In this document: positions 51,089 through 63,654 of the stretch, one piece after another
How positions within the stretch are numbered: position 1 is the stretch's first letter
How the letters are laid out: every line of letters begins with the position of its first letter
Source of the DNA: Azolla caroliniana
Lineage: Eukaryota; Plantae; Polypodiophyta
Length of the DNA: 64,000 bases
Assembly: GCA_043228905.1 (NCBI GenBank)
Contig: JBHGNT010000016.1
Coordinates: forward strand, 12,772,001 to 12,836,000
Direction: 5' to 3'
Notes under the pieces: generated by a model
Told to the model about the DNA's origin: nothing
The model's input: only the letters and a program-made list of their open reading frames with translations
Database searches by the model: none
Translations under genes and position numbers: made by a program

Positions 51089-52203
51089 ACATCCTCTAAT
51101 TGGCTCAAGACATCAAATCTATTCTCATGGCATGGGCTATTAGGCTTAGTACTTAAGTTATTAGAAGTGATAGTAGAACTTGATGTAGGGTTGTCATGTG
51201 CACTTACTTGGTAAACTTGACGCCTGGGTTTATGTGGACAATTCACAGCTATATGTCCTGGACCACCACAGTAGAGGCATAGGCGATGCGCCCGACGTCG
51301 TTGTTTCTCAGCATCTGATAAGGGCCCTCGACGTTGTGTCGACTCTATTTCCATCGGAGTGGGACCATCCCTCGTAACGGGTCTAGAACCTTGTGGCGGT
51401 GTGGCGACTATAGAAGCGTATGTCTGTTCCGGTTGGCGGCGTAACATTTGTTGACGTTCAGAACGTCGCTCAAATAGGCGATTATCACATCGCACAGCTC
51501 GGCTAATAGCTTCAGTAAGAGACTTTGGATCTTCATGGAAGGTAAGAAGAAGATCTTTGACATCGTTACGCAAACCCTGACGGAATTGATCCATTAAGGC
51601 TGCCTCATCCCAAGGGATGTCGCATGCCAAGAGACGGAAATCTGCGGCATAAGCTGAAGCGGGACGATCTCCTTGTCGGAGTCTTCGAATCTTGTTTATT
51701 GCAGTCCTAGTGCTATCCGTATCTCCAAAACTAGCTTGAAACTCCTTAACGAATGCCTCGAAATCCTCCAGTAATGGTGATTTCTTCTCAAGAAGTGGTG
51801 CAAACCATGCTAACGCTGTACCGCTTAGCAAGGTTCCTATTAATCCCACATGGGCAGCATCAGTTGGATACCGATTGGGATGTAACTGAATCACCAAACG
51901 AACTTGATTCAGGAAACCTCGAAAGAGAGATCTGGTACCATCAAACTTGGCAGGGAGGCTAATCTTTGGTTCCCTTGGGGAGTTTTGAACCCCCGCCGCT
52001 TGTTCTCGTAATGTTAATATAGTAGCCTCAAGTTGAAGAACCCGTTGTGATAACTCCTCATATTGATGAGCTTTCTCAGTACTGACTTGTTGAAGATCCC
52101 CGAGTAGCCTTTGATTTTCTTGCTCTAATGCCACAAACTTAGTGGTGAGCATATCGAGCTCCGAAAGGACACGCATATACTCTTGCTTGCTGACCGACTC
52201 CAT
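51076..52203 (-). CDS. gag: Gag with CLYCGGPGHIAVNC knuckle
   Basis: 375-aa ORF homologous to 39216-40385. Confidence 0.95.
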   Translation of the reverse strand: MESVSKQEYMRVLSELDMLTTKFVALEQENQRLLGDLQQVSTEKAHQYEELSQRVLQLEATILTLREQAAGVQNSPREPKISLPAKFDGTRSLFRGFLNQVRLVIQLHPNRYPTDAAHVGLIGTLLSGTALAWFAPLLEKKSPLLEDFEAFVKEFQASFGDTDSTRTAINKIRRLRQGDRPASAYAADFRLLACDIPWDEAALMDQFRQGLRNDVKDLLLTFHEDPKSLTEAISRAVRCDNRLFERRSERQQMLRRQPEQTYASIVATPPQGSRPVTRDGPTPMEIESTQRRGPLSDAEKQRRRAHRLCLYCGGPGHIAVNCPHKPRRQVYQVSAHDNPTSSSTITSNNLSTKPNSPCHENRFDVLSQLEDVLNE

Positions 52204-55200
52204 AACCGCGGGGGAAAAAGAAAGAAGGATAAAGAAGAAAGCTTGCTAGGGTTATTGGAGAAAGGGAAAAGAAATATTCGGTTCAAACTGTCGTGACTCT
52301 TGAGTAGGAAGCAGAGAGAGAGCGATGGCGATAGAGATAACGATAACGATAGAGATGGCGAGAGCGGTAGAGATAGCGATAGTGATAGCAAAAGAGAGTG
52401 AAAGAGGGAGAGAGTGCGAGAGAGAGAAAAGTATAAGTGAGAGATAAGAAATGGGAATGCGATTATATTATGAGAAAGAAGATTACAAGGAGTAGGCTAA
52501 GGGCTAAAGACTGGTGTTGAACCGAATGAGTTGTGATGAGTGTATGGACTCTTATTTATAGGCCCTTATGGAGTATTCTAGAATGTTCTAGAATATTTTA
52601 GATATTTATGAATAATAATAATAATAAATATAATCATGAAATATTCAAGAACATTCTAGAATAATCTAGAATGTTCTAAATATCTCGTAATAACTAAACA
52701 TATAATTATTATGATTACATCTCACATATGTTATTACAATGGTTAAAGTACAATATGTAAACCAAGAGGTTATGGGTTCGATTCCTGGTTCGCCAAGATG
52801 AATGTCATGATAAGCCAAGATGTATGTCTTCATGACAGGTTAGGGTTGATGTTCGGAGCTTTCTGAACCATAGTCTGTAGGAAGGAGAATATGCCGTCGT
52901 TTTTCGACTTACAGTCGATGCTCCTAGTAGAGGAGAACCACACGGGTGCGTCAACGTGTACACACGCCGACAACAAGATGTTGTACACATAGGAAAATAG
53001 GCCCCGTGGTTGTGGTGGACGAGGTGAGTCGGCGGACAATGGAGGCGGCCGACAGGAGCAAGATGGAAGGCATGGTCGTAATGCTAACAGTAGTTTCGGA
53101 TCCCTCCGAAAGCAAGGGGAGTCAATGCGCCTGCCAGAAACCGGCAAGGGAAACCTGCGGTGGAATGCTGGTACTGTGGCTGGAAGAAATGTGTCGATTC
53201 GGAGAAAACCACATCCGGATCCAGGCGGACCGAACAAATAAATCAGCAGCGATCGCACTACACTGAGGGCTCCAACTGAGTTGAAAATGGATTGGGCCCA
53301 GCCTTCGTAATGAAGGACAAGGCCAATTCGACGGCAATAAATACCTCAAAACTGAACGAGGTGTGGTATGTTGACTCTGGAGCATCAAATCATATGATGT
53401 GGCACGAAGAATGGTTTTTGTACTCGGGAGAAACCGGAAAAGCAAGGAGTGGTCAAAACAGGAGACGACACTCCGCATACCATTGAACATGTTGGAGAAG
53501 TTCCCCTCAGCCACGTTCGGCAAAAAGGGAAACTCATGAAGATGTTACATGTCCCGACAATAACCGAGAACCTGGTGTTGGTCGGACAGATCATCGACTA
53601 GGGATTGCAAGTTTGTTTGCTACATCGAAGAAGAAGGCAAGATAATCACACAAGGGTGTCGTTAAGCGAGGATGTTTATCCTCGAGACCAACGACGTAGG
53701 CACCGCTATGTTCATGAAAGGGCAAAAGGTCAAATTGGATATTGACCTGTGGCACAAGCAGTTCGGCCACGTAAATTTCCCGAAGCGTCAAGAAATGCAG
53801 ACGAAATACATCGTTTTCGGCTTGCCGAAATTCAGTGTTCAAAAGGGCCAAGTTTGCGAAGCTTGGCAGCTGGGAAAGCGTCACTGACTTTGATTCCCCA
53901 ATGAACATAACCGCAATCAAAATCTGCTCGATGTGATCCATTCGGATATATGGGGATCGGTACAAAACGTGAGTCTCGGTGGAAGCCAATATTTTGTGAC
54001 TTTCATCGATGACTTCTGTCGGCACAGTTGGGCATGCTTGATTGTGAAAAGAGGTAAGTCTTGTGGAAAGAGCTTTGCGGAAAGGCAAACCGGATGAAAG
54101 ATCAAGTGCCTAAGGTCCGATGATGGGAAGGAATACTTCTCCGACCAGTTCTCGAATTATCTGCAAGACGGAGGATTTCAGAGTACTTCTCCTCCAGATA
54201 CACCCCGCAGCAGAATGGCGTGGCAGAGAAAAAAAAATGTACGATCGAAGAGGCGGTCAGGGCAATGTTCGAACATAAGCATATGCCAAAATTTTACTGG
54301 GCTGAAGCAGTAATGATAGTTGTTTACTTGCAGAATCAGACTTCTACTAATGGAGGAGTATTGCCACATGAATTGTACTCCAAGAAGAAGCCGAACTTGG
54401 CACACTTGAGGGTTTTCGGTAGCATCCTGTATGTGCATGTGCTGAAGGAGAAACGGCGAAAAGATGGATGCCAAAGCTGAGAAGTGTATCTTGGTTGGCT
54501 ACTCGGACGACCAAAAGGGTTATAAGTTTTATAACCCCCGAAGCAAACAAGTTGTTATAAGTTGTGATGTGTTTGACGAGTCCGGGTCGTGGTACTTGCC
54601 TTCGCCTCCAACCACTGACGACTCCATTCCGATCACTAACGAAGAGGTCAGCGAGGCTGAAATGCCTCGGGAACAAGGAGACATCGGAGCTCCTGAAGAG
54701 AGTCTAATCTCATTCAGGGTAAGTGGGCCGAACGAGCGACTGAGTCGGCATGACCAATTAGGCATATAGCCGATGAGTAGTGGTGAATCAGCCGTGCATT
54801 CCCCACACAAGAAGCCGAGGACAGGGCTTACGTGCGAAGAGAAAGGAAAGAAGAAGATGTTGGACTATGGCATTAATAGGGAAGAGTCGGATCAAAGAGA
54901 ATCCAACTCCGAGAAGAACGAAGATGGACCTTCGGAAACGAAGTTCGTGTGGGCCAAGAGGGCCTCAAAATCGGCTAATGAGCAATTACACCGCTCCACC
55001 CACTAGAAGAACCTTGTGGTGTGTTGCAGATACAATGAGTACATGACACATCATTATGCATGCATGACGCGAGTGGCAGAAGTGCGTGAGCCAGAGAGCT
55101 ATGTAGAAGTGGCGAAGGACGCGAACTAACGTGCCGTGATGAAGAAAGAGATGCATGCGTTATCAGACAATGAGACTTGGGACCTAGTTGACGCACCTAA

Positions 55201-55631
55201 AGGTGTGAAGCCGATCGGATGAAAATGGGTGTACAAGGTGAAGTACAACACCGATGGTTCAGTTAACCGATACAAGACCCGGTTAGTGGCGAAAGGCTAC
55301 GCGTAGAAGGACGTTGTTGATTACGATGAGACCTTCGCACTTGTCACGAAGATGACCACTATTTGTGTTCTACTGGCCGTAGCAGCGGCGAAGGGGTGCC
55401 ACTTACATCAGATGGATGTAAAGAATGTGTTCCTGCAAGGTGATCTTGAGGAACAAGTGTACATGGTACAACCCCCTGGATTTCAATCTGACTGGAACAT
55501 CGCCACTACCGACCTAGATGAAATCGGCGGCATAAAATCTCAGCTCGCGGCATCATTCAACATGAAGGATCTAGGGGACCTTCATTAGTATGTGTCTTTT
55601 ACGCACACATTTCTGGACGTATTCCTTTACA

Positions 55632-58600
55632 AGTGTCAATATAGCCTATGCGCTAGTGGCATTTACATCAAACATGTCAGAAACAGATACCACTATTTGA
55701 CGCAAAAATGTAGATATTCTTGGCTATATTGTATTTTTCTAAACACGGATAGCAATTACAGATCAAACATGTATTTTTCTAATCTACTCATTCTATGTAG
55801 CATCTTTTCTTGTATAAACCTAGACTTGAACCAGAGACCTAGTGTGTTAGAGGAGCGTGATAGCCAACTACACCATCTGGACATATTGAGAATAACTAGC
55901 TTGGATCGATGAATAAAAGACTAATCTCAATAAATATTTCATCTGTCAATTCGAAATGAATAAATTAAAACATTGTTGTTGTTGTAATCGACAAGATTAT
56001 GTGCCCAAAACCGTTTTCGACCCGAAGACCTCTAGTGTGTGAGACTAGCGTGATAACCAACTACACCATCTAGACCCATTTGTCATTACTAATTTCATAG
56101 TTTGAAATGACATAAATTTTTTAATTAGACCAAGCCAATGGCATGTCACAATCACATTGACATAACGATTTTGTAAGTATGCCAAGTGGCAGGTAAGATT
56201 TACCTTATAGAAGTCTTTGTGACTACGTACCATTTAGATTGAAAAAGATAGCACCAATGGAAGCTAGAAATGAAGAATTCTTTTTTCTTTACTTAATATA
56301 TATTCAGGACTGGAAGTTCGTTTAACATAATACTTGACTATATCAACATAATTACAATCAACCACCCATGCAAAGAACGATAGCTTTGACTCTAGTCAGT
56401 CTAAATAGCACTTTTCTTGTTCAAAGGTAGATTGTAACCGGAGACCTCTATTGTGTTAGAGTTGCATGAAAATCAATTACACCATCTAAACATATGAATG
56501 ATATCTATTTTTCTATCTTAATTAATGTTGGTGCAATAACGATTGAACAATAGAGTGTTCTTAGATGAGTTTCAAGATATCATTTATTCGTAAAAGAATA
56601 GTTCAAAAGATGCAAATAAACCCGGACTCAAACCGAAGACGTATAGTGTGGACGCCTAGCGTGATAACCAACTACACTATCTAGACGCAATTGTGAATAT
56701 CGCTCAATTTCATGCATTCTAATGAATTTTATATACCAATTCTTCTACTTTTCTAAAGACGTATACCAATTATTCTACTCATTCTACGTAGCATCTTTTT
56801 TTGTCCAAACCCGGACTTGAATTGTGGACATATATTGTATTAGACTAGCGTGATAACCAACTACACTATCTGCAATTATTAAAAATAACTAGCTTGGATC
56901 GATGAATAAAAGACTAATCTCAGTGGAAATTCCATATGTCAATTCGAAAAGAATAAGTTAAAACATTATTGTTGTTGAAATCGACAAGATTATGTGTCCA
57001 AACCCTGATTCAAACCAGAGACCTCGAGTGTGTGAGACTAACGTGATAACCAAATACACTATATTGACGAGGAGTTACAGTTAGTTTAAGTTAAACATAA
57101 TACTTGACTATATCAACATAATTACAATCAGGCAACCATGCAAAGAAGAATAGCTATGATTCTAGTTGGTCTAAATAGCACTTCTCTTGTCCAAATGTAG
57201 ACTATAACCGGAGACCTCTAATGTGTTAGAGAAGCATGAAAATCATCTACAGCATCTAAACATATGAATGATATCTATTTGTCTATCTTAATTAATCTTG
57301 GTGCAATAACGATTGAAAAATAGAGTGTTCTTAGATGAATTTGAAGATATCATTTATTCATAAAAGAATAGTTCAAAATATGCAAATAAACTAGAACTCA
57401 GACCGAAGACCTCTAGTCTGGAAGTCTTGCGTGATAACCAACTACACTATCTAAATACAATTGTAAATATTGCTCAATTTCATGCATTCTGATGAATTTG
57501 ATACTTTCACTGAAGTGATGTCAACTTGGGAATCATTAGTTTCAGTATATCCCATTTGCTTGTGGCATTTAGTTCAAACAAGTCTCTAGGAAGAAACATA
57601 TCGCCCTAATTGACACTAGTAATCAACACGACGATTTTCTTGGATTAATGTACATGCATGAGTTCCACCTAGCTTCTATAATTATATTCTAGTTCGCTAA
57701 AGACACATAAGAATTCTTCTACTCATGCTATGTCACATTTTTTGTTGCCTAAACACAGACTCGAAACGAAGACCTCTAGTGTGTAAAACTAGCGTGATAA
57801 CCAACTACATTATCTAGACCCAATTCTGAAGATCAATTTCATGGATTTAGATGAATTTGATACTTTCACTGAACCGATGTCAAAACTACATAGGTATTAC
57901 AAGTCTCAATGTATCCCTTGTCGTAGTGGCATTTAGCTCAAACAAGACTCTAGAAAGAAACATATAGCCGTAATTGACACAAGAAATGAACATGTTGATT
58001 TTCTTGGCTTAAAGAAACATATAGCCGTAATTGACACAAGAAATGAACATGTTGATTTTCTTGGCTTAAGGTATGTGCATGAGATCCACTGAGTTCCACT
58101 AAATATATTCATATCTATGTAACAATTTTTGTTGTCCAAACATGGAGTCAAACCGAAGACCTCTAGTGTGTAAGACTAGAGTGATAACCAACTACACTCT
58201 TTGAACACAATTGTAAAAACAAGTCTCTAGAAAGAAATGACACTGATTGACACAATAAAAATGACGATTTTCTTGGCTTAAGGTACATGCATGAGTTCCA
58301 CTTAGTTTCACTAAATATATTCTAGTTCTATACAGATAGATACCAATTCTTCCAGTCATTCTATGTAACATTTTTTGTTGTCCAAACCTGGACGCGATGC
58401 AAAGATCTCTACTTTGTAAAACTAGCGTCATAACCAACTACATTATCTGGACCTAATTGTGAAGATCAATTTCATGGATTTAGATGAATTGGATACTTTC
58501 ACTGAACCGATGTCAAAACTACATAGTTATTACGAGTTGAGTTTCAATGTATCCCATGTGGTAGTGGCATTAAGCTCAAACAAATCTCTAGCAAGAAACA

Positions 58601-61600
58601 TAGAGTCGTAATTGACACAAGAAATGAACACGTCGATTTTCTTGGCTTAAGGTATGTGCATGAGATGCACTTAGTTCCACTAAATATATTCATATATGCT
58701 AATTCTTCTACTCATTCAATGTAACAATTTTTGTTGTCCAAACACAGAGTCGAACCGAAGAGCTCTCCTGTGTAAGACTAGCATGATAACCAACTACACT
58801 ATTTGGACACAATTGTAAATACCAATTTCATGGATTCAGAGGAATTTGTTACTTTGACGGATGCGATGTCACAACCACATGGATATCATGAGTTTCAACG
58901 TAGTCCAGGTGGTAGTGTGATTTAGGTCAAACATGTCATAAACCAGATAACACTATTTAAAGCAAAAATGTAGAAATTTATTTTCTTGTTTAATATTGTT
59001 TTTTTCTAAAGACGGATACCAATTATTCTACTAATTCTATGTAGCATCTTTTCTTGTCCCAACCTGGACTTGAACCGAAAACTGTCTTAGACTACAGTGA
59101 TAACCAACTACACTATCTGCAAATATTAAAAATAACTAGTTTGGATCGATGAATAAAAGACTAATCTCAGTAGAAATGCTATATGCCAATTCAAAAAGAG
59201 TAACTTAAAACAATATTGTTGTTGTAGTCAACAAGATTATGTGTCCAAACCCGGACTCGAACCGGAGACCTCTAGTGTGTGAGACTAGCGTGATAACCAA
59301 CTACACCATCTGGACCGATTTGCCATTACTAATTTAATAGTTCGACATGCATTTGTTAATTAGACCAAGTGATTGGCATGTAACACTGACATTGCCGTAA
59401 CGACAATGAAAGTTTTCCAAGTGGTAGTAAGATTTACCTTATAGACGTCTTTCTGACTACATATGATTTAAGCTATAAAAGATAGCACCAATGTAAGCAA
59501 GAGATGAAGAATTCTTTTTGCTTTGCATAATATATGTGCAGGACTTGTAGTTAGTTTAACATAATACTTGACTATATCCACATCATTACAATCAAGCAAC
59601 CATCCAAAGAACAATAGTGATAATTTTAGTGAGTCTAAATAACACTCTCTTGTCCAAACATAGACTGCAACCGGAGACCTCTAATGTGTTAGAGTACCAT
59701 GAAAATCAACTACACCATCTTAACATATCAGCGATATCTATTTGTCTTTGTTAATTAATCTTCATGCAATAACCATTGAAGAATAGAGTGTTCTTAGAGG
59801 AATTTCAAGATATCATTTCTTCGTAAAAGAATAGTTCAAAACATACAAATAAACCTAGACTCAAACTAAAGACCTCTAGTGTGGAAGTCCATCGTTATAA
59901 CCAACACTATCTAGAAGAAATTGTGAATATCGCTCAATTTCATGCATTCTGATGAATTTGATACTCTCACTGAAATGATGTCACAACTACATGGGCATCA
60001 TGAGTTTTAATGTATCCCCTGTGGTTGTGGCATTTAGGTGAAACAAGTTTCTAGAAAGAAATAGCACTAATGGACACAATAAAAATGACGATGTTCTTGG
60101 CTTAAGGTACATGGATGAGTTCCACTGAGTTTCACTAAATATATTCTAGTTCTATAAAGATAGATACCAATTCTTCTAGTCATTCTATGTAACATTTTTT
60201 GTTGTCCAAACTCGGACCCGATGCGAAGATCTCTAGTGTGTAAGACTAGCATGATAAACAACTACATTATCTGGACCTAATTGTGAAGATCAATTTCATA
60301 GATATAGAGGAATTGGATACTTTCACTAAACCAATGTCAAAACTACATGGCTCTTACGAGTTGAGTTTCAATGTATCCCATGTGGTAGTGGCATTAAGCT
60401 CAAACAAGTCTCTAGAAAGAAACATATAGCCGTAATTGAAACAAGAAATGAACACGTTGATTTTCTTGGCTTAATGTACATGCATGAGATCCACTTAGTT
60501 CCACTAAATATATTTATATATACTAATTGTTCTACTAATTCTCTGTAATATTTTTCATTTTCCAAACATGGAGTCAAACCGAAGACGTCTAGTATGTAAG
60601 ACTACCGTTATAACCAACTACACTATTTGGAGCTAATTGTAAAGATCTATTTCATAGATAGAGATGAATTGGATACTTTCACTGAACCGATGTCCAAATT
60701 ACATGGCTATTACGAGTTGAGTATTAATGTATCCCATGTGGTAGTGACATTAAGCTCAAACAAGTCTCTAGAAAGAAACATATATCCGCAATTGACACAA
60801 GAAATGAACACGTCGATTCTCTTGGCTTAAGGTATGTGCATGAGATCCACTTAGTTCCACTAAACATACTCATATATATACTAATTCTTCTACTCATTCT
60901 ATGTAACATTTTTGTTGTCCAAACACTAAGTCGAACCGAAGACCTCTAGTGTGTAAGACTAGCGTGATAACCAACTACAAAATTTGGACACAATTATAAA
61001 AACCAATTTCATGGAATCAAAGGAATTTGTTACTTTGACGGATGTGATGTCATAGCCACATGACCATCTCGAGTTTCAACGTAGCCGATGTGGCAGTGTG
61101 ATTCAGGTCAAACATGTCCAAAACAGATAGTACTATTTGACGCATAAATGTACACGTTTATTTTCTTGGTAGATTGTATTTTTCTAAAGACAGATACCAA
61201 TTATTCTACTCATTCTATTTAGCATCTTTTCTATTCCAAACCCAAACTTGAACCAGAGACCTCTAGTGTGTTAGACTAGTGTGATAACCAACTACACTAT
61301 CTGCAAATATTGAGAATGACTAGCTTGGATGGATGAGTAAAAGACTAATCTCGATGGAAATTCCATATGCCAATTTGAAAAGAGTAATTTAAAACATTAT
61401 AGTTGTTGTAGTCAACAAGATTATGTGTGCAAAGCCGAACTCGAACCGGAGACCTCTAGTGTGTGAAACTAACGTGATAACCACCTACACCATCTGGACG
61501 ATTAGGCATTACTAATTTAATATCTGACAGGTATTTGTTAATTAGACCAAGCGATTGGCATATAACATTGACATTGTACTAATGACAATGTAAGTTTTCC

Positions 61601-62954
61601 AAGTGGTAGTAAGATTTACCTTATAGAAATCTTTTTGACTACATACGATTTAAATTATAAAAGATAGTACCAATGTAAGCAAGAGATGAAGAATTCTTTT
61701 TGCTTTGCATAATATATGTGCAGGACATGCAGTTTGTTTAACATAATACTTGACTATATCGACATCAATGCAATCAGCCAACCATGCAAAGAACAACAGT
61801 TATAATTTTAGTCAGTCTAAATAACACTTCTCTTGTGCAAACATAGACTGGAACTGGAGACCTCTAATGTGTTAGAGTAGTATGCAAATCAACTACAACA
61901 TCTAAACGTATCAACGATATCTGTTTGTCTATCGTAATTAATCTTGGTGCAATAACGATTGAAGAATGGAGAGTTCTTAGAGGAATTTCAAGATATCATT
62001 TCTTCGTAAAAAAATAGTTCAAAATATACAAATAAACCCGGACTCAAACTGAAGACCTCTCGTGTGGAAATCCAGCGTTATAACCATCTACACTATCTAG
62101 AAGAGATTGTGAATATCGCTCAATTTCATGCATTCTGATGAATTTGATACTCTCACTGAAATGATGTCACAACTACATGGCCATCACGAGTTTCAATGTA
62201 TCCCATGTCGTTGTGGCATTTAGGTGAAACAAGTCTCTAGAAAGAAATAGCACTAATTCACACAATCAAGATGACGATTTTAAGGTACATGCATGAGTTC
62301 CACTTAGTTTCACTAAATATATTCTAGTTCTATAAACATAGCAAGGAATTCTTCTAGTCATTCTATGTAACATTTTTTGTTGTCCAAACCCGGACCCGAC
62401 CCGAAGACCTTTAGTGTGTAAGACTAACGTGATAGCCAACTACATTATCGAGACCCAATTCTGAAGATTAATTTCATGGATTTAGATGAATTGGATACTG
62501 TCAGTGAACCGACATCAAAACGACATGGCTATTACGAGTTTCAATGTATCCCATGTGGTAGTGGCATTTAGGTCAAACAAGTCTCTAGAAAGAAACATAT
62601 AGCCGTAATTGACACAAGAAATGAACATGTCGATTTTCTTGGCTTAATGTATATGCATGACATCCACTTAGTTCCACTAAATATATTTATATGTAGTAAT
62701 TCTTCTACTCATTCTATGTAACATTTTTAGTTTTCCAAACATGGAGTCAAACCGAAGACCTCTAGTGTGTAAGACTAGAGTCAAACATGTCAGAAACAGA
62801 TAACACTATTTGACGCAATAATGTAGACGTTGATTTTCTTGGTTATATTGTATTTTTCTAAAAATAAATACCAATTATTCTACTCATTCTATGCATCATC
62901 TTTTCTTGTCCAAACCCAGACTTGAACTCGAGACCTCTTCTGTGTTAGACTAGG
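55632..62954 (-). repeat. tRNA-Val-derived higher-order array, right arm part 2 (about 26 units, period up to about 2.2 kb)
   Basis: CAC units at about 56002, 56995, 59242 and 61426; TAC units at about 60203, 60560 and 60916 (about 357-bp subperiod). Confidence 0.93.
59242..59315 (-). tRNA. tRNA-Val(CAC), structurally intact
   Basis: GTCCAGA TG GTGTAGTTGGTTATCAC G CTAGT CTCACAC ACTAG AGGTC TCCGG TTCGAGT CCGGG TTTGGAC A: all four stems pair, A and B boxes are present, CAA lies at -7 and a T4 run about 30 nt downstream. Confidence 0.85.
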
Positions 62955-63654
62955 TTTGATGGTAAAGGCGTATCTCTAGGTAGTGATTGATGTCATATAG
63001 GAAATGTAAATGTTGTTTGTTACATGAATATGGCAATTCACAAATATGTATAAATATAGGTGTTAGTCATTTTGTAAATTTTGTATGTTTTCTTCTCAAT
63101 TTCACCTGTCAATTATTTAGACATTTTTTAAAAGCCCTTAGTTTTTAGACATGGTATAAATGAATATATTTTGATTCAATTTTCAAAAACCTTTACGCAT
63201 GCGATGGTTCTTTTTGTGAAATGACAGAATTTGTGTATTTTTTTGACAGACTATTCTTAAATTGCGACATATTACCTATTCCAAATGACACGGTGTTGAA
63301 CCCCGGAAAAGGTGCATAAGAAAAGACGAAAACTTCGTAAAATATGGTGGCCAATACCTCTCTAGCTAGATGAATCACATGAAGATCATTGGAATTATGC
63401 TCTACCACGTTGGCTATTCCCTTTTCCTAGTCCTTTCTTATTTTAAAGATAATTGTCAGGAATTTTGAGCTTAACAGTTTGACAGGAAGGACATAAAAGA
63501 GGCAGATTTGATAGGGCAATCATGTGGAGTGATAGCGATGAGATGTTGGATGTGGAATATGAAGCATCTTCTAATTTTGGATAAGGAAGAGTGATGAAAG
63601 TGTTGAGGGTTGGAACAAGATTTAATGAGCAGACGAGGAGAGTAGTGTCACTTT

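Larger units (their letters stand above)
46885..52837 (-). mobile_element. Intact chromovirus B (Ty3/gypsy, Tcn1/sushi-like)
   Basis: LTRs 46885-47451 and 52289-52837 (only an 18-bp microsatellite indel seen); TSD GGTTA; open gag and pol. Confidence 0.97.
46188..55631 (+). mobile_element. Degenerate Ty1/copia element with internal deletions, host of chromovirus B
   Basis: 5' LTR 46188 to about 46585 matches 13211-13625; 3' LTR remnant about 55590-55631; TSD AGTTT/AGTGT; WYVDSGASNHM, DLWHKQFGH, KCILVGY and HQMDVKN motifs. Confidence 0.88.

Noticed and set aside
41823-60909. Recurrent short ORFs such as MIITLVLHTRGL and MVMTLVLQSRDL
   Set aside because: They are incidental translations of the tRNA units, with alternative starts and inconsistent frames.
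41132-62954. CRISPR-like repeat-spacer appearance
   Set aside because: The repeat is a 74-nt tRNA body, spacers are long, recurrent and mutually homologous, no cas genes are present and the context is eukaryotic.
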